NCBI GenBank assembly: GCA_900088475.1
Contig: FLMG01000929.1
Coordinates: forward strand, 1-34,345
Origin: Hyphochytrium catenoides
Lineage: Eukaryota; Protista; Hyphochytriomycota
Length of the DNA: 34,345 bases
Reading direction: 5' to 3'
Shown here: piece by piece, positions 25,301 through 34,345 of the stretch
Layout: each line of letters begins with the position of its first letter
Numbering within the stretch: the first letter of the stretch is position 1
Notes under the pieces: generated by a model
Seen by the model: the letters and a program-made list of their open reading frames with translations, nothing else
Told to the model about the DNA's origin: nothing
Databases searched by the model: none
Translations under genes and position numbers: made by a program

Positions 25301-27558
25301 TCGGTGTTGACGAATTGCTCCCTCGACTATGCAAAACACTCTACTCTCCCTTTTCGTTTCCACTTTCAAGGCGGTAAACCTGAAGCTGCAGAAGGAGATT
25401 GACGAGCTGAGACAAGAGCTGCAAGTTTTGGAGACGGGAAGTGAGCTGAAGGTGGGTTGAATGGAATACTCTTGATCGGGAAAGAGTGACGTCAGCAGGA
25501 GAGGTCTCCTTCGAACCAGTCGGTCACATAATTCCGTTGTTTACGGCTCGACAGGACATAGAGTTAACCAAGCTGGTTGAGCGGATAGAAGAGCTGCAAG
25601 AAGAGCAGCACCGGATGACTGAGGAGAACAAGAGCACCAAGCTGCTTGCCAGAAAGCTCTCGCAGGTACTTAGTGATCGTCTGCATATTGTGCCCGCCGG
25701 TGCTCTTTCTCAGCACCTTTAGGTCACGTGGCTCTGCGTTGTCTGCAGTACTCCAGCCACTCGAGTCTTACACACATACGCTTGACTTATTGTGCATCTT
25801 TACATGAGACTTCGCGGTTCTCTCGCTCTCTGCTTGCCTGCTTCTCTCTAAACCTTAACGTCTTGGCTTCGCCAGTTTCCACATGCCTTCAGCACATACT
25901 ATCCTTCTCGGCCTTTGAGCTACCTGCCGCAAACTCTTCGCTTATCGTTTCTCTGTGCTCCCATTATAGGCTGATGGTCGTCTAGAGAAGCTCCGCGCGA
26001 GCATAAAGGAAACTGAGGAGGCAAAGGAGAGAGCTGAAAAGCAGGCCGCTGACCGCCTCTCTTCCTTCAGCGCATTGCAGGCGACGGTAGGGGAAAGACC
26101 TCTCTGTCGACCTTTATGAGTGTACCTATCACTATAGCTTGATTCTTGAGTCTCCCGTCTCAGTCTCACTCTTTCTCTTGAGTCGTGGCCTGCCCTCTTT
26201 TCACCTCCTTGTCCTCTATTCAACGCTGCCAGCTCGACCGGGTTGCAGCGGAAGCTCGAGACGCGAAATCAGAAATACTCAGATTAATGGCCGAAAAGCT
26301 GGCGCTGATTCGAGCTTTGGAGGAGGAGAAAGAGGCGCACCAACAGACTGCGAAAGAATTGAATAGACTCACAGGGGTGAGATTAGGGATGAGGTCAAGA
26401 TTGATGTTCACCAACTTAGCGTCATTATGGCTTCCCTCTCTCTGCTTCCCTTGCTTCTTATGTGAAGTATGCCTGGCAGACTCCTAAGCAGAACGCTTAC
26501 TTGAATCTTATTTGTTCCCTACGTACCTGGATATTTTACCTTCCGCCTGCTCGATACTTTTCTGCTAACCCTTTGAAACTCACTTCCTTATTCGCAGTCG
26601 GGCCTCCTTGTTAGTGAGATCGTAGAGCAGTTGGAGGAGAGGAACAGCCTAAAGGTGGAGCTGGCTGCCCAATATGCTGAGACGGAAAGGCTGCAGGTGC
26701 TCCAGTGCATCAGACTTTTGTTATCCGCTACCCCCTTTCTGCCCCCTTGCATTCTTCCCTTCTTCTCCCCTCATCATTCCGAAAGTATCTCCAATTTTCT
26801 TTTTCCATCAGTTGAATATCTCCCACACTGCTTCTCAGCTTTCCTTCGCTCACGAAAGGGCTTGATATGGTAAAAGCTCTTCAGCTCCCTTCGGCTTAGC
26901 TGACCTTCCCGACCTTGAATGTAGGCGGAGAACAAAGAGCTGCGAGGAGTTCTAGAGCGCCCTTCCTCATCTTCCTTGTCGACGCACGTTCCCAGCGCAG
27001 CCGGCGCACTCTCTTCTCTAGAGCAAGGAGCCAAGTCTGTGGTCAAGAAGATCGGCGCCAACAATGTACGCCGTCCAGTCTTCCCTTACCTCTCTCTCTC
27101 TAACTTCCTTCCGATATCTGTTTCTTCCTGACTTACAACGGACACATCTCGCCGCGGTAGTTATTCTAGAGCGTACTCTTCTTGAGTTAACCCTCTTACC
27201 TTTCTTGTTATGCCATGGCGTTCCCCCGTGAAGGGAGGGCTGCTTTGACGTTGATATATCACTCATCTGGACCTGCATAACTATCTGCCCGTCCCGATAA
27301 CGTCTTGATGTCCCAGAATTGTGAAGCACATTCACTTCCCTCACGGTTCCCCTATCTGTCCAATTTTGCTGCATGTCCCAGGCACTCCAACGAGAGCGAC
27401 GGAAGCAGAAAGATCTGCAAAACATCGCGATACAGCTGACTTCCTCTCTGAACGACAAGGAGTTAGCGCTCGAGCATCAGAGAAAAGCGAATGCCATTCT
27501 AGCCAGAAAAGTTCAAGAGCTGGAGTCGAAAGTAACAGCTTTGCAGAACGAAAGATAG
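19325..27558 (+). CDS. Large multidomain protein: PDZ domain, Ig-like (AIR9 A9/SCAB-type) domain, PH-like domain, long C-terminal coiled coil
   Basis: Many GT-AG exons. PDZ at ~20115-20890 (EPGPLFLDL...GAAEKEGKIATGDLLVAVNGVDVTLMPFDCIIDLIR...PKCVTF). Ig-like segment SISWYR...FFEIPGVTGNYYQPSADDIGANICIQV...QIGPL. PH-like end ERERDVLALTLRRF at ~23465-23510. Heptad-rich exons from ~24358 to LALEHQRKANAILARKVQELESK...NER*. Confidence 0.85.
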
Positions 27559-28662
27559 AGTTCTGCAGAGGAGGGGGACAACTTTGTTTTTTGGTCTCTT
27601 TTCTGTTTGCTTCTCTAGCAAACTGTGACTTGTGACTACGCGGGGCGATGATGTCGAAAGTAGAATATTTATCTGTGCGCGATAGTGAGGAATACATTGG
27701 AATAGGGAAAGACAATTGCCGGATAAGGTCGGATCATGATGAACCGGGGCCTCAGGCGTGGATTCTAGGAGGAAGGGGCGCTCCTCCACAAGTCTTGCTG
27801 ACCTCTTTCATTCGTGGAGATCCTCTTCAGTCCTCCTCCCGCACTGTGATGATGAGACTGCGGGTACAGCAGGCCATATGCGGATCCTCTCCCCTTTCTG
27901 GCCACTCTCCTCTAGTCGTTCCTATCCTATCATAATCTGGGTCCTCTCCGCTCCTGAGCACCACACTGAGCCCCTCACTAACTTATAATCGAGAGCCACC
28001 AGCGTCTCCGCCATGCCCACCGCGCCTTCCTATAGAGTCCACCCTAGACATCATGTCCTTCTGTTGGGCGGAAGAGACTCGAACGACTCGGCCAGTGTCC
28101 CCACAGCTGAGCCAAGAGCCAAGAGACGGCGGCTCTACCGGACCGGCGTGAGAGGTCAGCCGCTGCGTGGTGCCGAGAAAGAAAGGGAAAGAGAGAACTG
28201 CGCCAGCCGTTCGCCGCTGTGCAGCGCTGTTAGTTCGTTCGCCGTATGTCTGGGAATTCTGATCGTCCTCCTGCTGTAACGGCCTTTGGGCACCTAACGA
28301 CCTGCAGCAGCTTGGGCTCCTCCTCCCACCTCTCCCTCCCTCCCTCCCTCTCTCTCCCGCCAATCGTCCATACCTCCCGGTCCTCCTCACCGCCGCAGCA
28401 AGCGACACAGTGGTTCAGAAGCACATTCTCAGAGGCTTGAAGGCTAGTGCTAAAAAGAGAGAGAGATGACAACTGCAGCTTAGTAGACGAGTGGCTCCGC
28501 AAAAGTACTGAGCAGATTGTAGAAGTTTCTCGCCCTGAATGGAGGGTCATTGAGCGCATATACTGTCAAGCTCAGTAGGTCTTGCTCCTCTCTTGTAGTC
28601 ACGCCCGCGAAGAGGTGTTTCGAGCGCCACGGTGGCTGAGCTGCCGAAGCTATAGAGAGGAG

Positions 28663-30933
28663 ATGCCGACGTCCGCTAACGCATCCGCCGGTGGGAAGGT
28701 CAGATAATGAAGCGACTGGAAGCGAGAGTTCTAACGCGAAGTATCTGACCTTAACCTATTTCGACCAATAGTTCTTCGGCGTTGCTCTGGATGAGCTGGT
28801 GGAAGGAAAGCCTGAGGTCCCTTCGGTGAGGATGTTGGAGTCTTCGATAGGCCGTAGTTACGATGTGGCCATCTGATTGACGTATCTCTCGCGCTGGTGG
28901 TTTCCCATCATCATTGCAGGTTATTGAGTCACTGCTGGAGCACATCAGAGGTCACCGTCCAGACGTTCCCGACCTATTCCAGATAAGCGACATGTGAGCT
29001 GGCCCCTACTCGTGCTGTGTCCTCACTGCTCCTCGCTGATTGAGCTCTGTATAGCAAGTATTGGCTTCAAACGACCAAGGCCGCGAAGAGAGAGCTGATC
29101 AAGAATCCTGACTACAGAGACCGTGTGCTCAAGATAAAGGCAATCAGGGACGCTGTGGACAGAGGAGAAGTGCGTTGATATGAGAAAGTGTACTTGTGAA
29201 CTCTCTCACTAAGAGAGCAATAGGAGGTGTCTCTTGCACCACGTCCTTCCCGATGCTGTAACAGCTTAGGATGAATACTTTCCTAATAATATCTCTAACT
29301 TCTCCTCTCTACTCTCATCCCTTGCTCTCTTGGAGGTCTCTATACGGCTCCTCATCTCCTTCGTCTCACTCACCTCCCTACCTTACATGACTGACATCCA
29401 ACCCTCCACAAATGGAACTGCAGGATATTGAGTCGCAGCTAGTTATCACCGCAGATCCCCATGTAAGCACGGGACTGCTCAAGTACTTTCTCTTCAGACT
29501 GCCGGCGCCACTCGTGACGGAGATGTCCTACCAACAGGTCAGTCGCATCGCCGCAACCGATTTATTACTTCTACTGAGCGCTGGGTCATCATCAAATCGC
29601 AGTTTGTACTCGCAGGGAAGGCCAAGAGCCTGACAGCTGCACTCGCCTACTTGCGGACTGCCGTGCACATGCTGACACCAGGTGCAAGACTATGAGCCCC
29701 CTGAGTGCTCTCGTGATATGCATCTTAACGCTCTTTCCCCGATCCAGGCCATCATGCAGTGTTCAGGAGCTTAGTGCAACTTTGGCAGGAATGTCTCGAG
29801 CCTGAGCACGCCACAGCAAATCGTTTGACGGCGGAGTCTCTAGCGGCAGCCTTCTCACCATTACTCTTCCGGCCCAGCCCTCACAAATGGAACATAAACA
29901 CTGCCAAGGACGAGCACTTCAGGTTGGAGACCAGGAGCAATCGATGCATTCTCCGCTCCTTCTTCACCAGTAACCATATTACTTGCCTACAGTGCGATTA
30001 CTGCGCTCCAGCTCCTTGCCAGCCACTTTCAGGGTGTTTTCAATGTGGGTCATCAGCTCTTCATAGCACTGGTACAACCTCTTAAGTTCTTTCCGCTGTG
30101 AAATGCCTACCTTCTAGGTCCATAATGAGGTGCTAATAGTGGAGCTGGAAGGTCAGTTGGCCCATACGGCAGAGCAGCTGCGTGTGAAGCAACACGAGGT
30201 CGAGCAGATGACGGCCAGACATGTGGCGGAAAAGAAGGCCAAACAGAGGTTAGTCACTGCACTAGCGATCAAGCCTCTTCGCCCTCCAGTAGTTGAGACC
30301 CAACCTCGACTCTTGGTTTATCCTCCGCTCTTTGTAGAGCGATCCTCAACTGGATGGCAAAGGGACGAGCCATGAAGTACTTCATGCGCTGGAAGGTCTT
30401 TGGAAAACAGGTCAAGCATGAAGGTACCCTATTCTCCCGCACGCCCTTCTAACTCAATAGGCTTTCGTGTGCGCCGTCTTCGCAGTCGGCTAAGGAAAGG
30501 AAGCTGATGCAAGAACGAGAGGAGCTTGCCAAAGCTTTGGAGAGTGAGACACTAAAGCGGTCAGTTCAAGCCCTGCCACCCAGCTTCGATTCGCCTCCAT
30601 CTCTTACTTGCTGTCTGCTGCAGAACGCATGCAGAGGGCGTTATTGAGGAACTTCGGCGACAGTTGGATAGCCTGAAACATAAAGACGGTATTAACATCC
30701 ATCATCGGTATATAACTTGACGATATGAAGAGCTAAATCGAGCTGCTTCTCGTCGGTCGGTTATGCTAGGCTCATTTGACGAGCTTTTACGGAGCTCCTT
30801 TAGAGCCTCGGACCTCCGGACTATTGGCAGCCTGCAGGTACAAGACCTGAGGATGCAGCATGGAGACCTAGGACTTGTGCGGAAGCTCTCTATGACTCCC
30901 ATGGACAGGGCCCTTGAGCGAGGGCAGCGATAG
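28663..30933 (+). CDS. RhoGAP-domain protein lacking the arginine finger, with a C-terminal coiled coil
   Basis: Short exons give FFGVALDELV...VPSVIESLLEHI, DLFQIS, DPHVSTGLLKYFLFRLPAPLVT and NRLTAESLAAAFSPLLFRP, which match RhoGAP fold motifs. Coiled-coil exons follow; the last intron is 30689-30769. Confidence 0.88.
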
Positions 30934-31535
30934 TGTGATAGTTCCTAATGTGATATCCTCCGCACGGCGCGGTCAGAGGCTGGTGCAGCGCTTCCATGGC
31001 CGTCGAGCTTCTATCATCATGAGAGTAGCACCTCGCCAAGGGAGGGAGGGAGAGGGAGGGAGGAGGGAGGGGGAAGGCACAGGCCATCACAGAATATTCA
31101 GAATGTGTGTTGGAACGCACACTACACTGTACAGTACTGCACATTAAAGCCTCAAAAGAGTTCCTATCAGGAATTACTCATTCTCATATTCCGGACCCCG
31201 ATAGTATCGCACAGGTTAGTGCACTGTAATAATACACTGCGCTGTACAGGGGCTTCCTGTCAAAGCTCCTGCTGTGTCTAAAGGGATAGAACCTGTGACA
31301 GGTACGAGGACCTCTAGGTTGGAGTGCTGGCCTGAGTGAGGAGAGAGGTCAGATGGGGTCACAGATCACAGTCGCCGCTTAGTTACCCTTGAGCTCAAGC
31401 CAATACACGGCAGGGCCGATGATAGCCAGGCAAGACGGGCAGAGAGATTGGAATAGGATCCCTTACCCCTAGTCTGGTGTTTAAGACAAACAGAAAGCCT
31501 GTGTCACGCGCAACCTTTATACTGGTGACTCTAAC

Positions 31536-32223
31536 ATGGCACTCAACAAGCCCACGCCGGTGTCCAAGCTGACAATCTTTGATGTGTACGAGCTTGTCTT
31601 CATGATGAAGGTGGGATGTGAAAAGGCAAAGGAAGGGTTGAAATAATAAGTGTCAACTTACTGGGCCTGCCCGTCACAGACTTTTGTAGAGCGCGATTCT
31701 GCGGGAGCAAGGGAGCTTCTGACTAGCAAGCCCAACTTCGCAAGAGCTCTGCTCGAATGTCAGATGCGCTTAGGAATGCTGAAGACTCCAGTGGGAGCGT
31801 ACGGAACGCAGGTGGTTAGCAGGGCCTGTCATTCCTCTTCCTGTTTCCGCTGCAGTTTCTATTCCTTTGCATTCCCGCATCGTATCGAAGCTGAATGACC
31901 TTCATCCTATATCTCCCTTTGTTTTGTTGGAGGATGTGGCGGCATTACTACGTGAATGCAGTCTATACACCCGCTGAATGGATGTATTGCATCTTTCATT
32001 TCTCAGATTACATTCCCATTTCGTAGTATGCTCACTGGGTTATCCTTTGCAGGGATCCGGAGGGATCAGCAGCCAAATGTCCTTTGCAGGGTTAGATGAG
32101 GCTCAGCAGGAGCTGCTTAGACAGGTCCAGCAATTGACACGCGAAGATATTATGAGCCTTCCGCCGGAGCAGAGAGAACAGATCATGCAACTGCGCGACG
32201 CCTACCGCATGGCTCCTCTCTAG
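31536..32223 (+). CDS. CstF-64/Rna15-like protein with hinge and C-terminal domains only (125 aa, no RRM)
   Basis: Exons 31536-31610, 31680-31811, 32053-32223. VYELVFMMKTFVERDSAGARELLTSKPNFARALLECQMRLGML matches the CSTF2 hinge; QQELLRQVQQLTREDIMSLPPEQREQIMQLR matches the CstF-64 C-terminal domain. Confidence 0.88.
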
Positions 32224-32399
32224 ACTTACACGCACTAGCTCTCACCGCCGCACGACACTGAGCCAGGTTGACTGATCTGATGAATAGCGGCACGAAGAGG
32301 TTCTGGTTCGGTCTTCGGCTGTATGACTGATGGAAAAGTTTTTTCAGAAATCGCCTTCAGTGATGTGAAGGGAAGGGAGCGATGAGGTAGGCGACGGCC

Positions 32400-34345
32400 G
32401 GAGGATGTGCTGGCGACCTAGCACATCAAAAGGGCCCATTTCGCTTTGGCCCCTCGACAGAAAAAATGAGGCACCTTCCGGGCTTTGGGTGAAGGCCTCG
32501 CAGCGGGAGATTATCTATGGGATTATGGCAGCTACTTGGTGGACAAAATTGGTGTTCCTGCATGTCCGCATTTATGAAGGTTTGAAGCTGGGGTATTGCT
32601 GCCGAGTCGACCGGTATCTTACAGAGACAACAACGCTTGCTAACTAGTGTTCGTCGGTGGCCTCAAGCGCCAAGTTCTCCGTGATGATTGAGTGGTGGGA
32701 ATCAGGGCGTCAAGAGTCATTCTTTATAGTAAATGAAGTAATAGAGTTTGTATTCAGAAGAGCGTTCTGTAGATCTGACTCTCCCATTACTCTATTGAGT
32801 GAGTTCCCGAAAGGAGACCGAAGGAGCGTGCACCACCGGAGTACAATTTTGATTTAAGGGACATTTGTGTTCCTTGGCGTGAGCGGGTCTCCTCATCGCT
32901 TCAAGGTTCTTCTAAAGAGAATCTTGGCAGTAATAGTTCTAACCTGTCAGGCATAATACTTGCGGTTTATTTTTTTAAGTACATTCGGGATGATGTCCTA
33001 CCAGAAAAAACAAGCATAACACTCTAATATAGAGTGGGCGGCGGAAGTGAATAGACGGCAATAATCTCGCCCCTTAGGGCTAAGAAAGTCTGTATACAAA
33101 GATCGACCTTCGTCTGAAAGGTTATGCAGGCGGTCGTGATCTATCTTCTCAAAATCTTTTGCAGCAAAGCTATGCCGCCAGCGCTTTTCGTGACTAATTA
33201 TTAATGGTAATTGCTGTTCAGATTCGTGATGAAGACCGTGCAGACAGCATGGTTGTCTTCAGTTACCTCACGTTATTAGATGTCATGGCTGATGAGCACT
33301 TCTTCACAATACTACTATCATCATTGGCGCCGGGGTCTCATAAAATAATATTGGAAAAGAAGTTTGCACCTTCCGGAAATCGAATCTAGTCCTGTAGGGT
33401 TTAAGGTTGCCGGGTACCAGGTACGTTCCACCAGACGGCATTTGTACCGATCCCCTTCTTCTTAGGTTTGGATCAGCCCAGGCATCCTCTCTTTGGATAT
33501 TGTCCGCGGGACACTTTGGTCCAGGGGGTGCTCAGAGTCTAACATCTGAGACCTGTTATTCCCTCGTCCGTACTGAGAGCAAAAAGAGAATAAGCATAAT
33601 GTCATATACGAGGAAACAACAAATTATCTCAATGTCACTTAGTCCTGGAGAGTGCAGCTTAAAGTAAAGTCCATAAAAGCCACACACGCTGCAGCGGAGT
33701 AAGCCTTGGCAACCAGATAATAATGGTAAGTGAGCCATTCGACATTATTTATTTACTACTCTGCTGGCGACAAAATGTGACCTTCTTCTGCCGAGCTGAT
33801 AGTAGCCGGGTGGTTGTTGCGTTACTAACCTAAGCTGTCGTTCAAGAAGATCGGAGTCTCTGAATTCGACATCGTAATATACTTCTAGATGCAGCGTGGC
33901 GGCGAGGAGAGACAAGAGACAGCGCACAGTGTCTTGTCAGATACGCGGAGTTGGCAAAGACTTTGCTAAGCCACCAGGAAATCGCGCCTCCTTTCAATTG
34001 CCAAAAGCGACCAGACAAGCCTGGCACACACTCTTCAAAGAGTCGCTGCACTAAACTCTGACGGCCTGATGGCATGAACGGTCCGAGGTGGTGCCACCAA
34101 TTGCAAGTTGTGTTGACATTGGTGCTTATAGAACGCTCACCAAGGTTTAAGATGTGGTGATGCGCACATTGCTAAAATACGCGGGGTCTGCTGAAGTTCA
34201 TCATTCAAGAAGACAATGTTGGGAACTTCAAGTCCCCGCCAATGGAACAAAGTATTAGACAGTTATCTTCGTGACAACGGATTTGAACCCAGCTTGTGTG
34301 AACCTTGCGTCTACATCAACAGATCCGGGGAGGATGGCAAGCCGA
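32400..34345 (+). mobile_element. Degenerate Ty1/copia LTR retrotransposon pol remnant (integrase and RT fragments), running off the right edge
   Basis: RT fragment at 34204-34345, FKKTMLGTSSPRQWNKVLDSYLRDNGFEPSLCEPCVY (copia LKKxxYGxKQxPRxW...GF...DPCVY). Decayed integrase-like motifs upstream in copia order: DICVP (32860), VYFFK (32965), RVGGGSE* (33031). Stops and frameshifts present, lower GC, no microsatellites. The left boundary is approximate. Confidence 0.8.

Noticed and set aside
30718-30720. In-frame TGA followed by ~70 open codons (possible selenocysteine or readthrough) in the RhoGAP gene
   Set aside because: An ordinary 81-nt GT-AG intron (30689-30769) contains the TGA and preserves frame.
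31115-31250. Repeated TACACTG/CTGTACAG words and the palindrome ACTGTACAGT
   Set aside because: Too short and irregular to support an element; possibly UGUA-type 3'-end signals, but this cannot be tested here.
1-34345. CRISPR arrays, tRNA/rRNA genes, prokaryotic operons
   Set aside because: No repeat-spacer periodicity or structural RNA signature was seen; the window is spliceosomal-intron eukaryotic DNA.

Overview
Intron-rich eukaryotic (protist) genomic DNA with two N gaps and very dense (GA)n/(CT)n microsatellites, mostly in introns of the first ~11.5 kb. Most ORFs in the supplied track are artefacts of those repeats or single exons. Splicing by hand at GT-AG sites with consistent phases gives about eight genes: (1) the 5' part of a membrane protein with signal peptide, TM helix and RanBP2 zinc finger (-), resembling the N-terminus of stramenopile membrane HECT E3 ligases; (2) mitochondrial malonyl-CoA:ACP transacylase (-); (3) a 440-aa hypothetical protein (+); (4) Mediator subunit MED4 (-); (5) an isobutyryl-CoA dehydrogenase, ACAD8-like (+); (6) a large PDZ + Ig/PH (SCAB/AIR9-like) + coiled-coil protein (+); (7) a RhoGAP-fold protein with Gln at the arginine-finger position (+); (8) a 125-aa CstF-64-like protein with hinge and C-terminal domain but no RRM (+). 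A decayed Ty1/copia pol remnant fills the last ~2 kb, and two further small spliced genes are tentative. A stramenopile origin is inferred from motifs, not shown. I see no unambiguous new multi-gene system; the best leads are the unusual architectures of genes 1, 6, 7 and 8.
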